DNA from: Bacteroidales bacterium
Lineage (GTDB): Bacteria > Bacteroidota > Bacteroidia > Bacteroidales > JAAUTT01
Length of the DNA: 64,000 bases
Reading direction: 5' to 3'
Assembly (NCBI GenBank): GCA_038213375.1
Contig: JBBQTB010000021.1
Location: 6,567-70,566, forward strand
The position numbers were made by a program, and so were the translations under genes. Position 1 is the first letter of the stretch. Each line of letters starts with the position of its first letter. The notes beneath the pieces are model-generated. The model ran no database searches. It had not been told where the DNA came from and saw nothing but the letters and a program-made list of their open reading frames with translations. Below are positions 17,085 through 27,586 of the stretch, piece after piece.

Positions 17085-19259
17085 TTGTATATGTATCAGT
17101 TAAAAAAATATTTTTTATTGGCGATTCTTTCGTTAACGATGCCAGTTTGCACATTTGCTGATGAAGGAATGTGGATCCCATTATTATTGGATCAGGCAAG
17201 ATATGAGCGGATGAAACAAATGGGTTGTCAGTTAACACCCGAGGACATATATAGTGTAAACCATGCTAGCATAAAAGATGCGGTAGTTTTGTTTGGTCGT
17301 GGTTGTACTGGGGTAATGGTTTCCAATGAAGGGTTATTGTTAACCAATCATCATTGCGGACAGTCGGCAATACAGAGTCATAGTTCTTTGGAGCATGATT
17401 ACCTCACCAACGGGTTTTGGGCAATGGAAAAGAAGCAGGAACTGGCTAATGCATCTCTTAATGTGTCCTTTCTGGTAAGGATGGAAGACGTTACCAAACG
17501 AGTTCTAAAGGATGTTCCTTTGGCAATTTCAGAATCTGCACGAACCGGACTTATCCAATCAATTCTCGAACGAATTGTTTCAGCTGAAGCGAAAAATTCA
17601 CCGGGTCACCGTTATTCTCTTAAACCATTGTACAACGGGAACCAATATTTTCTTTACGAATATGAGGTTTTTACCGATGTTCGTCTGGTAGGCGCTCCAC
17701 CTTCGGGTATTGGTAAATTTGGTGGTGATACTGATAATTGGGTTTGGCCCCGTCATACCGGCGATTTCAGTATATTCAGGGTATATGCCGATAAGGATAA
17801 TAACCCAGCACCATATTCACCAAACAATGTTCCATATCAACCTAAAAAATTTCTTCCGGTTTCAATCAAAGGAGTAAACGAAGGTGATTTTACCATGGTA
17901 TATGGTTATCCGGGTTCTACCGAACAATTTATGACAACGCAGGAACTCGAATTTCTCACAAAAACAAACTTACCATCAAAAATAGATCTTCGCACACGCA
18001 GGTTGGATATTATGGCAAAAGCAATGGATAGTGAAGCTAATGTCCGCATACAATATGCCGCAAAATATGCTGGTATTAGCAACTCCTGGAAAAAATGGCA
18101 GGGAGCAGTTCATGGGTTAAAGCGTGCCAATGCTGTTTCTGTTAAAAAACAACGTGAGGCTGAATTTGAACAATGGGCAAATCAGAACGATTCTCTGAAA
18201 ATGAAATATGGCGGACTTCTAGGGGAATTTCAGCGTATCTATCCTACGTATGAAAAATATAGTTTTATAAGCGATTATTTTAGCGAAACCGCCATGGCCG
18301 TTGAAATGCTCGATCAAGTGGCCCGATTTTATAGCTTTTCGAACAATGCATCGTGGAAAGATACATCAAAACTGCGTCAGGAAGTTAAAAATTACACAAA
18401 TGGCATCAATGGTTTTTTTCGAAACTATTACCAGCCAATCGATAAAAAAGTTTTTAGCTCTATGCTTTTGGCATATTACATCAATGTCCCCAGAGCTTAT
18501 CATCCGGCTATATTTAAAAAACTGGAATCAAAATTTAAGGGTGATTTTGATCTTTGGGCTGATGATGTATATCGAAAGTCAGTTTTTAGTGACAGAGACA
18601 AAATGATCACAATAATGCAGAAGTTTTCACTATCAACTCTTAAAAAGTTAAGAAAAGATCCAGCCATGGAAATATACCTTAGCTTTTCGGATGTCCTGAA
18701 TGGCTTAATTGTTTTACCTTTTAATAAACTATCGACTCAAATTGACAGTCTTTACCGGATATATACTGCCGGAATAATGGAGATGAAGAAAGGCAAATTT
18801 ATTTATCCGGAAGCCAATTTGACTCTTCGTTTGGCATTTGGCAAAGTTGAGGGATACGAAGCGGCTGATGCAATTGATTATTCATGGTTTACAACAACGG
18901 ATGGAGTTCTTCAGAAAGACAACCCTTCCATTTATGATTATAGGGTTCCGCTTAAGTTGAAGGAAATTTGCGAAAGAAAAGATTTTGGCCGATATGCTGC
19001 TCAGGATGGTAATTTACACGTTTGTTTCATTGCGTCCAATCACACATCGGGAGGGAATTCCGGAAGTCCGGTGATTAACGGAAAGGGCGAATTGATAGGG
19101 CTCAATTTTGATAGAAACTGGGAAGGAACGATGAGTGATATGTTGTACGATCCTAATCAGTGTCGAAACATCATTCTTGATGCCCGATACATGCTCTTTA
19201 TTATCGATAAATATGCCGGTGCAGGGTATCTGTTGGATGAGATGAAGATTGTTTTATAA
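17085..19259 (+). CDS. S46 family dipeptidyl-peptidase (DPP7/DPP11-like)
   Basis: Signal peptide followed by ADEGMWIP (hallmark S46 N-terminus), TNHHCG (His), and the catalytic Ser in GGNSGSPVIN. Confidence 0.85.
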   Translation: MYMYQLKKYFLLAILSLTMPVCTFADEGMWIPLLLDQARYERMKQMGCQLTPEDIYSVNHASIKDAVVLFGRGCTGVMVSNEGLLLTNHHCGQSAIQSHSSLEHDYLTNGFWAMEKKQELANASLNVSFLVRMEDVTKRVLKDVPLAISESARTGLIQSILERIVSAEAKNSPGHRYSLKPLYNGNQYFLYEYEVFTDVRLVGAPPSGIGKFGGDTDNWVWPRHTGDFSIFRVYADKDNNPAPYSPNNVPYQPKKFLPVSIKGVNEGDFTMVYGYPGSTEQFMTTQELEFLTKTNLPSKIDLRTRRLDIMAKAMDSEANVRIQYAAKYAGISNSWKKWQGAVHGLKRANAVSVKKQREAEFEQWANQNDSLKMKYGGLLGEFQRIYPTYEKYSFISDYFSETAMAVEMLDQVARFYSFSNNASWKDTSKLRQEVKNYTNGINGFFRNYYQPIDKKVFSSMLLAYYINVPRAYHPAIFKKLESKFKGDFDLWADDVYRKSVFSDRDKMITIMQKFSLSTLKKLRKDPAMEIYLSFSDVLNGLIVLPFNKLSTQIDSLYRIYTAGIMEMKKGKFIYPEANLTLRLAFGKVEGYEAADAIDYSWFTTTDGVLQKDNPSIYDYRVPLKLKEICERKDFGRYAAQDGNLHVCFIASNHTSGGNSGSPVINGKGELIGLNFDRNWEGTMSDMLYDPNQCRNIILDARYMLFIIDKYAGAGYLLDEMKIVL

Positions 19260-19410
19260 AGCACAACCCATTTGAATCATGTCCATTGTATGGAAATCAG
19301 TTTTGTGAAAGGTTAGGCAAATACATTGACCGAATTAACTGATAGATAGGTTACTTTAAAAACATTTAGGCATGGAAAGTTAATGAAGAACCCGTAATAA
19401 TGTTTTTCAC

Positions 19411-19447
19411 AAAAAAAAAGACGAATGCATATCACATTCGTCTTTTT
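19411..19447. terminator. Bidirectional terminator between convergent genes
   Basis: Perfect 8-bp stem gacgaatg / cattcgtc (loop catatca) flanked by A9 upstream and T5 downstream. It sits between the + gene ending at 19259 and the - gene ending at 19468. Confidence 0.65.
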
Positions 19448-19467
19448 CAGTTTGTTCTTTCAGTAGT

Positions 19468-20589
19468 TTAGATAAGTGATTTCTGGTAAACCCTGAATCG
19501 TTTGATCAGGAGGGCACCATATCGTTTCATTTCAGCCATCATATCGTTGTTATTTTCCATCACCACATGGGTATCAACACTGGTCATACCTGCTTTTTTT
19601 GCGGAATTGATTGTGGTTAAGGTAATAAAAATATCCAAGCCCTGCTTTTGATAGGCAGGTTTTACGGCTCCGAGCATCAAGCTAGTGGATTTGGCTGTTT
19701 TCATTGCCTTTAGAATATGAAGAATACCAAAAGGAAACAGGCGTCCGTTTGCTTTTTGTAACCCTTTGTAAAGGTTTGGCATACTTACCATAAAAGCCAC
19801 AATTTCATCACCTTTCATAGCCACCTTCACAAATCGTGGATCAAGAATTGGCATGTACCGCTTTGCAAGTTCGTACATTTCTTTATCGTCCATAGGAATA
19901 AATCCATAAATGTCCTTAAACGATTCGTTCACCAGTTCTAACACGGGAATAATTAATGGTCTTAATTGTTTACGGGATGTAAATTCCATAAATTTGAAAT
20001 CCTTTTTTGAAGTCACCCGTTCGTAAATTTTCTGGTAAATAGCTGGAAGTTCAGTAGTTAATGGAAATCGATAGATGACACAATCGAGTTCCTTATAATA
20101 TCCCTGACTTTCAACTAACTTAGGCAAATAGGCTGGATTTGTGGCGCTGTCAATAACAGGCTCATATTCGAAACCTTCAATTAACATCCCTTGAATATCC
20201 CTGTCAGAAAAACCAAATGGACCAATGATCTTGGTCATTCCTTTACCTTTGGCCCATTTTTCAATATATTCAACAAGGGCTGTTGCAACTTCCTGATCGT
20301 TTATGCACTCAAGATACCCAAACCGGGCATTTTTTAAATTAAATGTCTGGTTGTGTTCATGCTTTATAATTCCCATAATACGTCCAACAGCTATACTGTC
20401 CTTATATGCAATTACCTGCATGTATTCAGCATTGCGAAATGACAGATTTTTTTGTGGATCGAAAAAACTCTTTTCATCCATGTAAATAGGAGGTAACCAA
20501 GTGCTGTCTCCTTTACGAATTTTCTCAGGAAAGTAGATAAACTCTTTACGATCGCTTTTGCTCTGTACTTCTTTTAAAGTTATCGCCAT
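19468..20589 (-). CDS. Uncharacterised GNAT-fold-like acyltransferase (tentative)
   Basis: 373 aa. The overall pattern (..VGRIMGII..FGYLECINDQEVATALVEYIEKWAKGKGMTKIIGP..) recalls a widespread family annotated as GNAT N-acetyltransferase. I see no catalytic motif I can verify. Confidence 0.4.
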   Translation of the reverse strand: MAITLKEVQSKSDRKEFIYFPEKIRKGDSTWLPPIYMDEKSFFDPQKNLSFRNAEYMQVIAYKDSIAVGRIMGIIKHEHNQTFNLKNARFGYLECINDQEVATALVEYIEKWAKGKGMTKIIGPFGFSDRDIQGMLIEGFEYEPVIDSATNPAYLPKLVESQGYYKELDCVIYRFPLTTELPAIYQKIYERVTSKKDFKFMEFTSRKQLRPLIIPVLELVNESFKDIYGFIPMDDKEMYELAKRYMPILDPRFVKVAMKGDEIVAFMVSMPNLYKGLQKANGRLFPFGILHILKAMKTAKSTSLMLGAVKPAYQKQGLDIFITLTTINSAKKAGMTSVDTHVVMENNNDMMAEMKRYGALLIKRFRVYQKSLI

Positions 20590-20662
20590 AGATATTTAAT
20601 TGGTTATATTAGCTACTGGTTAGGTTATTGTAAAATATTAATAAAATACCGTCCGAAGATAA

Positions 20663-21631
20663 TTATTTTTTCATTGTTTTACTCCGAAGTTGCTTAATTG
20701 CCGTTAAAAGTTTTTCGTATAAGGTGAACGTATGAGCTTCATGCGAAATGCCATGTGTCAGTAATTGAAATGACTGTTTACTAATCCAATACATAGTTGG
20801 TACAGACAGAAATCCGGCAATTACATCAATTACATAATGAGCCTTGATATAAACAGTAGAAAAAATCAAAAGTATACCCCCAGGAATCATCCATTTCAAA
20901 AGCTTAGGAGCATATTTGTAAGCAAGGTAGACCAAAATTACCATTATCCCGACATGCGAACTGGGAAATGCAGCGGTGGGACGTTCGCCATATCTATCAA
21001 CAATTTTAATAAGATCTCTGAAAATATAGGCATCGGGAAGTTGATTGTCCGGCGGAGATAAAAAGAATTGTGGCCCGGCTACAGGAAATACTATAAAGAG
21101 TATGTAGTACATGTAGAATGACATGCATACAATAAAAATAGTTTCCTGAAAATGCCGGCGTTCGTAATTATATATCCAGTAGCACAGTATAAAAATAAAG
21201 ATATAGAATGAAAAGTAACTAAGGTTCATTAAGTCGTTGAACCATTTCCAGGGAATATAGTGAGAAAACCAAATGCTGGGCTGCCCTCCAAAAATAGTCA
21301 CCTCCAGATTAGATAAAGCAGGATCGAGATTTGGAAATATGATATTATTCAAATAATCCGTTTCCGGATAAAAATAACCCAAAAAAGCCAAAGGATAAAA
21401 GCTTCGAAGGAAATGAATACCTTTGTTATGAAATGAAAAATTGAGAAATATAAGTGAGACCATTACACCTATTAAAATCAATCTTACCAACAAATGACCG
21501 GCAATATTATCAAGTGCAACAGCACCTAATATAATGTATACCCCGGTGATAATAATGTAAGTAAATGTAATGATATCAATGGGGTGAATATGAGGCAAAA
21601 ATTTACGTAAAGGCATCGGAATAATTTTCAA
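20663..21631 (-). CDS. PAP2-superfamily membrane phosphatase/phosphotransferase (PAP2_3-like)
   Basis: Polytopic, with PAP2 motifs FPSSHVG and KAHYVIDVIAG (HxxxD). Confidence 0.65.
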   Translation of the reverse strand: MKIIPMPLRKFLPHIHPIDIITFTYIIITGVYIILGAVALDNIAGHLLVRLILIGVMVSLIFLNFSFHNKGIHFLRSFYPLAFLGYFYPETDYLNNIIFPNLDPALSNLEVTIFGGQPSIWFSHYIPWKWFNDLMNLSYFSFYIFIFILCYWIYNYERRHFQETIFIVCMSFYMYYILFIVFPVAGPQFFLSPPDNQLPDAYIFRDLIKIVDRYGERPTAAFPSSHVGIMVILVYLAYKYAPKLLKWMIPGGILLIFSTVYIKAHYVIDVIAGFLSVPTMYWISKQSFQLLTHGISHEAHTFTLYEKLLTAIKQLRSKTMKK

Positions 21632-21633
21632 AA

Positions 21634-23085
21634 TTAGGAGCGCAAAGGTAATGATAAAATAAAAGTAGAACCTCTTTCAAGTTCACTTTTTGCAAATATA
21701 GTACCTCCGTTTTGCCTTGCAAATTCTATGCTTAATATAAGGCCTAGCCCGGTACCTGATTCCCCGCTTGTACCTTTCATTATTTCTTTATCAGTCGAAA
21801 AAAGTTTTTTCAATTGTTGTTCATCCATTCCAATGCCATTATCGGAAATTGTAACGTAACAGTTTTCTTCGTCAGAAGTGGTTGAAATACAAATTTGTCC
21901 GTTTTTTTTTGTAAATTTAATAGCGTTACTTAACAGATTTCTTAAAATTGCCAAAATCATATTTACATCGGAGTAAACAATTAAATTTGTTGTCGACTCA
22001 TTCACTATCGGAATGTTTTTGAGTTTGGCACATACTTCAAGAAAGTCAATTACCTCCTTTATCTGGTCACTTATAATAAAAAGGCTCGGGCGACAGGGAA
22101 TTGTATTGGATTGATTTTTAGCCCAGAATAACAGGTTTTCAAGTAACGAATAGGCTATTTTAGACGAGCTATTGATAATGCTTACCATTTCTAATTGTTT
22201 GGGCTGCATAGTATCCATATACTTTAATAAAAGCAGCTCCGAAAAATTAATGATTGCATTGAAAGGGTTCTTCAGATCGTGCGCTATAATTGAAATAAAC
22301 TTATCCTTGGTATCGTTTGATTTGTGTAGCTCTATATTTAAATTTTTTAGATTTTCAGCCTGCATCAATAATTCTTCGGTTTGTTGCTGAATTTGTTCAT
22401 ACTGCTCTTCCAGCAAGACATTAGATTCTTTCAAATTTTCAGTCTGTGTAAGTAATTCATTCTCTATTTGTTTTAATGCTGAAATATTTCTTCCAATTCC
22501 TATTATTCCTTTCACAGTTCCCTCTTGATTAATCCAAGGAACTTTGGTTGTTGAAACAATAGTAGGTTTATTATTATAATCCAACCCGAATTCTTCAACA
22601 TTAACCATTGGCAGCCTGGTTTTAATTATTCTTTGTTCGTCGTCAAAAAATTTTTGTGCCATTTCAATTGGGTAATAATCGAAGTCGGTTTTTCCAATCA
22701 TATCATCAGGGTGGCTTACTTTAGTTACATCAGCCAGATACTTGTTTGCTATGATAAATCTACTTTCTGTATCCTTAATATAGATAAAATCAGGCATTTT
22801 ATCGATTAACAGATAAAGTAAATTATTATCAACGTTCATACGTGTTTTTTGGAGGTTTTTAAGATTTCGAATTTTTATATACATAACCTCAATAACTCCA
22901 ATCAGAACGAGTATGATAACTATTAATATGATTCTTATTGTATTGATATTTGAAATCTTTAAATTCAGGGTATCAACCTTTTGGGCGAGACTATTGTTTG
23001 TAAAAAATATTACAAAAACAAACAAAAACCATTTCATTACTTTCTGTTTTGTCCAACAAAGTTGTTTTATGATTTTTATAAACAT
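21634..23085 (-). CDS. Membrane-anchored PAS sensor histidine kinase
   Basis: TM helix, PAS-like region, coiled coil, H-box IIAHDLKNPFNAI, and ATPase G-box GESGTGLGL. The likely true start is MKWFLF at 23037. There is no adjacent response regulator. Confidence 0.85.
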   Translation of the reverse strand: MFIKIIKQLCWTKQKVMKWFLFVFVIFFTNNSLAQKVDTLNLKISNINTIRIILIVIILVLIGVIEVMYIKIRNLKNLQKTRMNVDNNLLYLLIDKMPDFIYIKDTESRFIIANKYLADVTKVSHPDDMIGKTDFDYYPIEMAQKFFDDEQRIIKTRLPMVNVEEFGLDYNNKPTIVSTTKVPWINQEGTVKGIIGIGRNISALKQIENELLTQTENLKESNVLLEEQYEQIQQQTEELLMQAENLKNLNIELHKSNDTKDKFISIIAHDLKNPFNAIINFSELLLLKYMDTMQPKQLEMVSIINSSSKIAYSLLENLLFWAKNQSNTIPCRPSLFIISDQIKEVIDFLEVCAKLKNIPIVNESTTNLIVYSDVNMILAILRNLLSNAIKFTKKNGQICISTTSDEENCYVTISDNGIGMDEQQLKKLFSTDKEIMKGTSGESGTGLGLILSIEFARQNGGTIFAKSELERGSTFILSLPLRS

Positions 23086-23289
23086 GATATGAATTGCTTT
23101 CCTGTTTCGAAACGATTTGTTATCCTTTTATGAAAGGTAGTAAAAAATTTAAACATTATCAATGAAAGCAATGAAAAATCATAGAGCCGATTATATAAGT
23201 ACTTTTTAAAAAAAACATCATAAAAATTCTCAGCTTTCATCCCTGTTGTTAAAATTAAAAATTTGAAATTCTTCTTACAACTTTTATTA

Positions 23290-23297
23290 TACTTTTG
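23290..23297 (+). promoter_or_regulatory. Bacteroidota-type -7 box (TAnnTTTG)
   Basis: tacttttg lies 29 nt upstream of the GTG start at 23326, with a TTTG at 23262-23265 as a possible -33 element. Confidence 0.35.
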
Positions 23298-23325
23298 CCA
23301 CATAGTTCCATCATGAAACCTTAAC

Positions 23326-25041
23326 GTGAAACTTGAGCAGATATTTAGAAAAAAAACAATTGATAAAATTATTTCCGATGCCAACATCGAAAGTGAAAGT
23401 TATGGAAATCTTCACAAAAACCTAAATCTTAAAGATTTAACTGCCATGGCTATTGCAGCTCTGGTTGGTGCCGGTATTTTTAGTACTATTGGTAATGCCA
23501 GCGCTGCTGGAGGACCAGCAGTTTCATTGCTATTTATATTTACAGCAATTGCATGTTCTTTCTCGGCATTGTGTTACGCCGAATTTGCCTCTCGAATTCC
23601 CATCAGCGGAAGTGCTTACACTTATGCGTATGTTTCACTGGGCGAACTAGTTGCGTGGATCATAGGATGGACTCTTCTTATGGAGTATTCTGTCGGAAAT
23701 ATAGTAGTGGCAATATCGTGGTCCGATTATTTCACCTCATTTCTAAGAGGTTTCCACATCAATATCCCTGAATATTTTACAACCAATTATCTTGGAGCTT
23801 TGAGAGGATATAATGAAACATTGATTCTACTTAAAAATGGCTCCACTTTGAATGAGGTTCCAGGCTACCTTCAGGAAGCCCACAAAGCCTGGACAACTGC
23901 TCCAATGATTGGTTCTTTTCGGATTGTTGCCGATTTACCTGCCTTTCTGATTACCGTTCTTATCACAGCTTTGGTTTACATAGGTATCAAGGAAAGCAAA
24001 AATGCAAGTAACATACTAGTTCTTCTCAAAATTATTGTCGTTCTGGTGGTTATCGCGGTAGGTGCATTCTATATCACGCCAGCCAACTGGAGTCCATTTG
24101 CCCCAAATGGTTTAAGTGGTGTATTGAAAGGTGTTTCGGCAGTATTTTTTGCATACATTGGCTTTGATGCTATATCTACCACTGCAGAAGAATGTAAAAA
24201 TCCACAGCGCGATTTACCCAAAGCGATGATTCTTTCGTTAATTATTTGTACCATATTATATGTTGCAGTTACCTTGGTTTTAACGGGAATGGTCAGTTAC
24301 AGGGAATTAGCCGTTGGTGATCCTCTTTCATTTGTATTTCAGAAACATCAGCTCAACTGGCTTTCAGGTATTATTGGCTTAAGCGCCATCGTTGCAATGT
24401 CGAGTGTTTTACTTGTCTTTCAGGTTGGTCAACCACGAATATGGATGAGTATGAGCCGTGATGGATTATTGCCAAAAAGGTTTTCGGCCATCCATCCGCG
24501 ATTTAAAACTCCGGGATTTTCAACAATAATAACAGGGCTTGTTGTTGGAATTCCTTCGTTGTTTATGAATCTTACAGAAGTAACTGATCTTACAAGCATT
24601 GGAACACTATTTGCTTTCGTAATTGTGTGTGCCGGAGTGCTTAAATTTAATCCCAGAGATAAACTTAGTGGTGGTTCATTTCATATCCCTTATTTAAATG
24701 GTAGATATATAGTTCCCGGCTTGCTGATACTTGGATTTCTTATCTGTTTAATTTTTTACAGGGAAACGGTGACAACGTTTTTTTCATTCGAAGGTGGATG
24801 GAACCTGATTAAGCATAAAATGCCATATCTTGCCTTTATGACGGTTGCCATATGGGTTTCTATACGTACTTACAAAAAAAGTTATTCACTAATTCCTGTT
24901 CTTGGACTTTTAACTAACCTTTATTTGATGACCGAATTAGGATATACCAATTGGATGAGATTTATTATCTGGCTACTTATCGGGTTAGTTATCTACTTTT
25001 CATATAGCTACAAGAAAAGTAAACTTCATAAAATATTTTAG
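23326..25041 (+). CDS. APC-superfamily amino acid permease (cationic amino acid transporter-like)
   Basis: 571 aa with about 14 TM helices. The N-terminus (..IFRKKTIDKIISD..) and the GAGIFSTIG motif are typical of YfnA/CAT-type permeases. GTG start. Confidence 0.85.
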   Translation: MKLEQIFRKKTIDKIISDANIESESYGNLHKNLNLKDLTAMAIAALVGAGIFSTIGNASAAGGPAVSLLFIFTAIACSFSALCYAEFASRIPISGSAYTYAYVSLGELVAWIIGWTLLMEYSVGNIVVAISWSDYFTSFLRGFHINIPEYFTTNYLGALRGYNETLILLKNGSTLNEVPGYLQEAHKAWTTAPMIGSFRIVADLPAFLITVLITALVYIGIKESKNASNILVLLKIIVVLVVIAVGAFYITPANWSPFAPNGLSGVLKGVSAVFFAYIGFDAISTTAEECKNPQRDLPKAMILSLIICTILYVAVTLVLTGMVSYRELAVGDPLSFVFQKHQLNWLSGIIGLSAIVAMSSVLLVFQVGQPRIWMSMSRDGLLPKRFSAIHPRFKTPGFSTIITGLVVGIPSLFMNLTEVTDLTSIGTLFAFVIVCAGVLKFNPRDKLSGGSFHIPYLNGRYIVPGLLILGFLICLIFYRETVTTFFSFEGGWNLIKHKMPYLAFMTVAIWVSIRTYKKSYSLIPVLGLLTNLYLMTELGYTNWMRFIIWLLIGLVIYFSYSYKKSKLHKIF

Positions 25042-25132
25042 TTCAACTTTTCGACTTTATGAATTGTTGTTATTTTTATAGAAATGATTAATAGCTCGGT
25101 TCTTATTTTAATGACCTTTAAAGTCTTTGTTA

Positions 25133-27586
25133 TCAATATAATTCAGGCCATTTTTCAGGGTTTACCTCGTGCATAATCGAGTAAATGGTTTCAAAAACAT
25201 TCTCAGCGCTTGGATTTGAAAAATAATCACCATCGGTGGTATAGGCTGGACGGTGGTCGCGCGCTGTTAGAGTTCTGGGGGGAGAATCGAGATATTTGTA
25301 TGCTTTCTGTTCTTCTATCACTTTATGCATCATGTATGCAGTTGCCCCGCCGGGAACATCCTCGTCGAAAAACAAAACACGGTTTGTCTTTTTTAATGAT
25401 TCTAGTATAATATGATGTATATCGAAAGGCAATAGTGTTTGAATATCTATCAATTCCACATGAATGTCAAATTCACTTAATTGATCAAGTGCATCAATTG
25501 CAATTTTAACACACGAACCATAAGTAACCATTGTAATATCTGTACCTTCAATCAATATTTCTGGTACTCCAAGAGGAATTGTATACTCTCCAATATTATC
25601 GGGCCGAAGTTCCATCAACCTATAACCATTAAGAGGTTCAATCACAATGGCAGGATCATCGGCCTTTAGAAGCGTGTTATAAAAACCGGCGGCTTGGGTC
25701 ATGTTTCTTGGAACGCATACATAAATGCCACGAATGGCGCTTATCACCATTGCCATTGGTGAACCGGAATGCCATATTCCTTCTAGTCTGTGACCCCGTG
25801 TTGAAATAATCAGAGGAGCAATTTGTTGTCCACGGGTTCTCCAATGAGTGGTGGCTAAGTCGTCGCTTAATGTTTGAAGAGCATAGAGTAAATAATCGAA
25901 ATATTGTATCTCGGCGATAGGTCTAAATCCTCTCAAAGCTAGTCCAATACCCTGTCCAATAATCGTTGTTTCGCGAATACCTGTATCGGTAATCCTCAGA
26001 TCGGTAAATTTTTGTTGCAGTCCTTCATATGTTTGATTTACGCTTCCAATTTTACCAACATCTTCGCCAAAAGCAACTAATAGGGGATATTTTTCGAATA
26101 ATTTATCAAAATTATCCCTGATAATTTCTCTTCCATGGACCTTTCTGGAATTCTCGGAATATGAAGGGCTTTCAAGTTTAACATTCAAAGCGGAACGGGA
26201 TGTTTCATTATATAAACCGCTGCCATAACACTCCTGTCCCTCAATTTGGTTAAGACGTATCCACGAAATAAGTTCTTTCCTTAGGTTATTGCGTGAAGGA
26301 CATTCTTTGCAAACATGTCTTACAATTTTCTTAGCAATACTAATATTATCTTTCCAGATAGGAAACTGGATTTGTTTCAATTCATCAGTGTAAATTTCTA
26401 TTTTTTCGGAGTTGTCGGGTTTGCATTTACAATTTTTCTTTTCAATCAGATGGAGGAGTTTTTGTTTTTCATCCTGAAACGGTTTTGTAAAATTATCCCA
26501 AGCTATTTCCCTTCCATGAAAGGCCTCGTTGTAAGTTTTTAATTCGATTTCGTTCAATTCTGATTCACTTGCCAGCTTAGTTTTAAGAATCCATTCCCGC
26601 ATTTTCTTTAATGGGTCGAAATCCTGTTCCCAATCCAATCGCTCTTTTGATTTATACCTTTCATGAGAACCGGAAGTAGAATGACCCTGTGGTTGGTTCA
26701 TTTCCTGAATATGAAATAACACCGGAACATGTTCTGTTCTGCATCGAAGAATTCCTTCATGATAAACCCTGCAAAGTTCAGAATAATCCCATCCTCTTGC
26801 TTTGTAAATAAGTATTCCTTTATTTTTACTGTCAGCCTCAAAACCACGCAGTGCTTCAGATATGCTTTGTTTTGTTGTTTGAAATTCAGTGGGTACCGAA
26901 ATGCCATATCCATCGTCCCATATTCCAATAGCCATAGGAACTTGCAATACACCAGCAGCATTTATAGTTTCGAAAAAATGACCTTCGGTGGTGCTGGCAT
27001 CTCCTATCGTACCAAATGCAACTTCGTTTCCTTGATTGGTGAATTGACTGAATGGATGTAATGTCTTATTTAATCTGAAAAGTTTGGATGCATAGGCCAA
27101 ACCAAGTAATCGAGGCATCTGGCCGGCAGTAGGAGAGATATCGCCCGATGAATTTTTTTGCTCCATCAGGTTTCGCCAGGTACCATCTTCATTATAATTG
27201 GCCGTGGAAAAATGGTTATTGAAGTTTCGACCTCCACTTCCCGGATTGTGTTTTAAATTAGTGTCGCCATACATTTGGGCGAAGAATTCAGTAGCGTTGA
27301 GCAAACCAATATAGAGCATAAATGTTTGATCACGATAATACCCCGATCGCCAATCTCCATTACGAAAATTTTTTGCCATGGCTATTTGTGCAAGTTCTTT
27401 TCCATCGCCAAATATTCCAAATTTGGCTTTACCCGAAAGCACTTCTTTACGACCTAAAATACTAAGCTGTCGGCTGAGGTTGGATATATAATAATCATGT
27501 AAAATAGTTTGTTTTTCAAGAAGAGGTTCAGAAAGGCTACTTACGCTGGTTTGCATAGTTTGGTTTAATAACTTGTAATCATTCAT
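25133..27586 (-). CDS. 2-oxoacid dehydrogenase E1 component, fused alpha/beta subunits
   Basis: 817 aa. The N-terminal half has a TPP-binding-type motif (GDASTTEGHFFE); the C-terminal half is transketolase-like beta subunit sequence (..GEDVGKIGSVNQTYEGL..). Confidence 0.8.
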   Translation of the reverse strand: MNDYKLLNQTMQTSVSSLSEPLLEKQTILHDYYISNLSRQLSILGRKEVLSGKAKFGIFGDGKELAQIAMAKNFRNGDWRSGYYRDQTFMLYIGLLNATEFFAQMYGDTNLKHNPGSGGRNFNNHFSTANYNEDGTWRNLMEQKNSSGDISPTAGQMPRLLGLAYASKLFRLNKTLHPFSQFTNQGNEVAFGTIGDASTTEGHFFETINAAGVLQVPMAIGIWDDGYGISVPTEFQTTKQSISEALRGFEADSKNKGILIYKARGWDYSELCRVYHEGILRCRTEHVPVLFHIQEMNQPQGHSTSGSHERYKSKERLDWEQDFDPLKKMREWILKTKLASESELNEIELKTYNEAFHGREIAWDNFTKPFQDEKQKLLHLIEKKNCKCKPDNSEKIEIYTDELKQIQFPIWKDNISIAKKIVRHVCKECPSRNNLRKELISWIRLNQIEGQECYGSGLYNETSRSALNVKLESPSYSENSRKVHGREIIRDNFDKLFEKYPLLVAFGEDVGKIGSVNQTYEGLQQKFTDLRITDTGIRETTIIGQGIGLALRGFRPIAEIQYFDYLLYALQTLSDDLATTHWRTRGQQIAPLIISTRGHRLEGIWHSGSPMAMVISAIRGIYVCVPRNMTQAAGFYNTLLKADDPAIVIEPLNGYRLMELRPDNIGEYTIPLGVPEILIEGTDITMVTYGSCVKIAIDALDQLSEFDIHVELIDIQTLLPFDIHHIILESLKKTNRVLFFDEDVPGGATAYMMHKVIEEQKAYKYLDSPPRTLTARDHRPAYTTDGDYFSNPSAENVFETIYSIMHEVNPEKWPELY

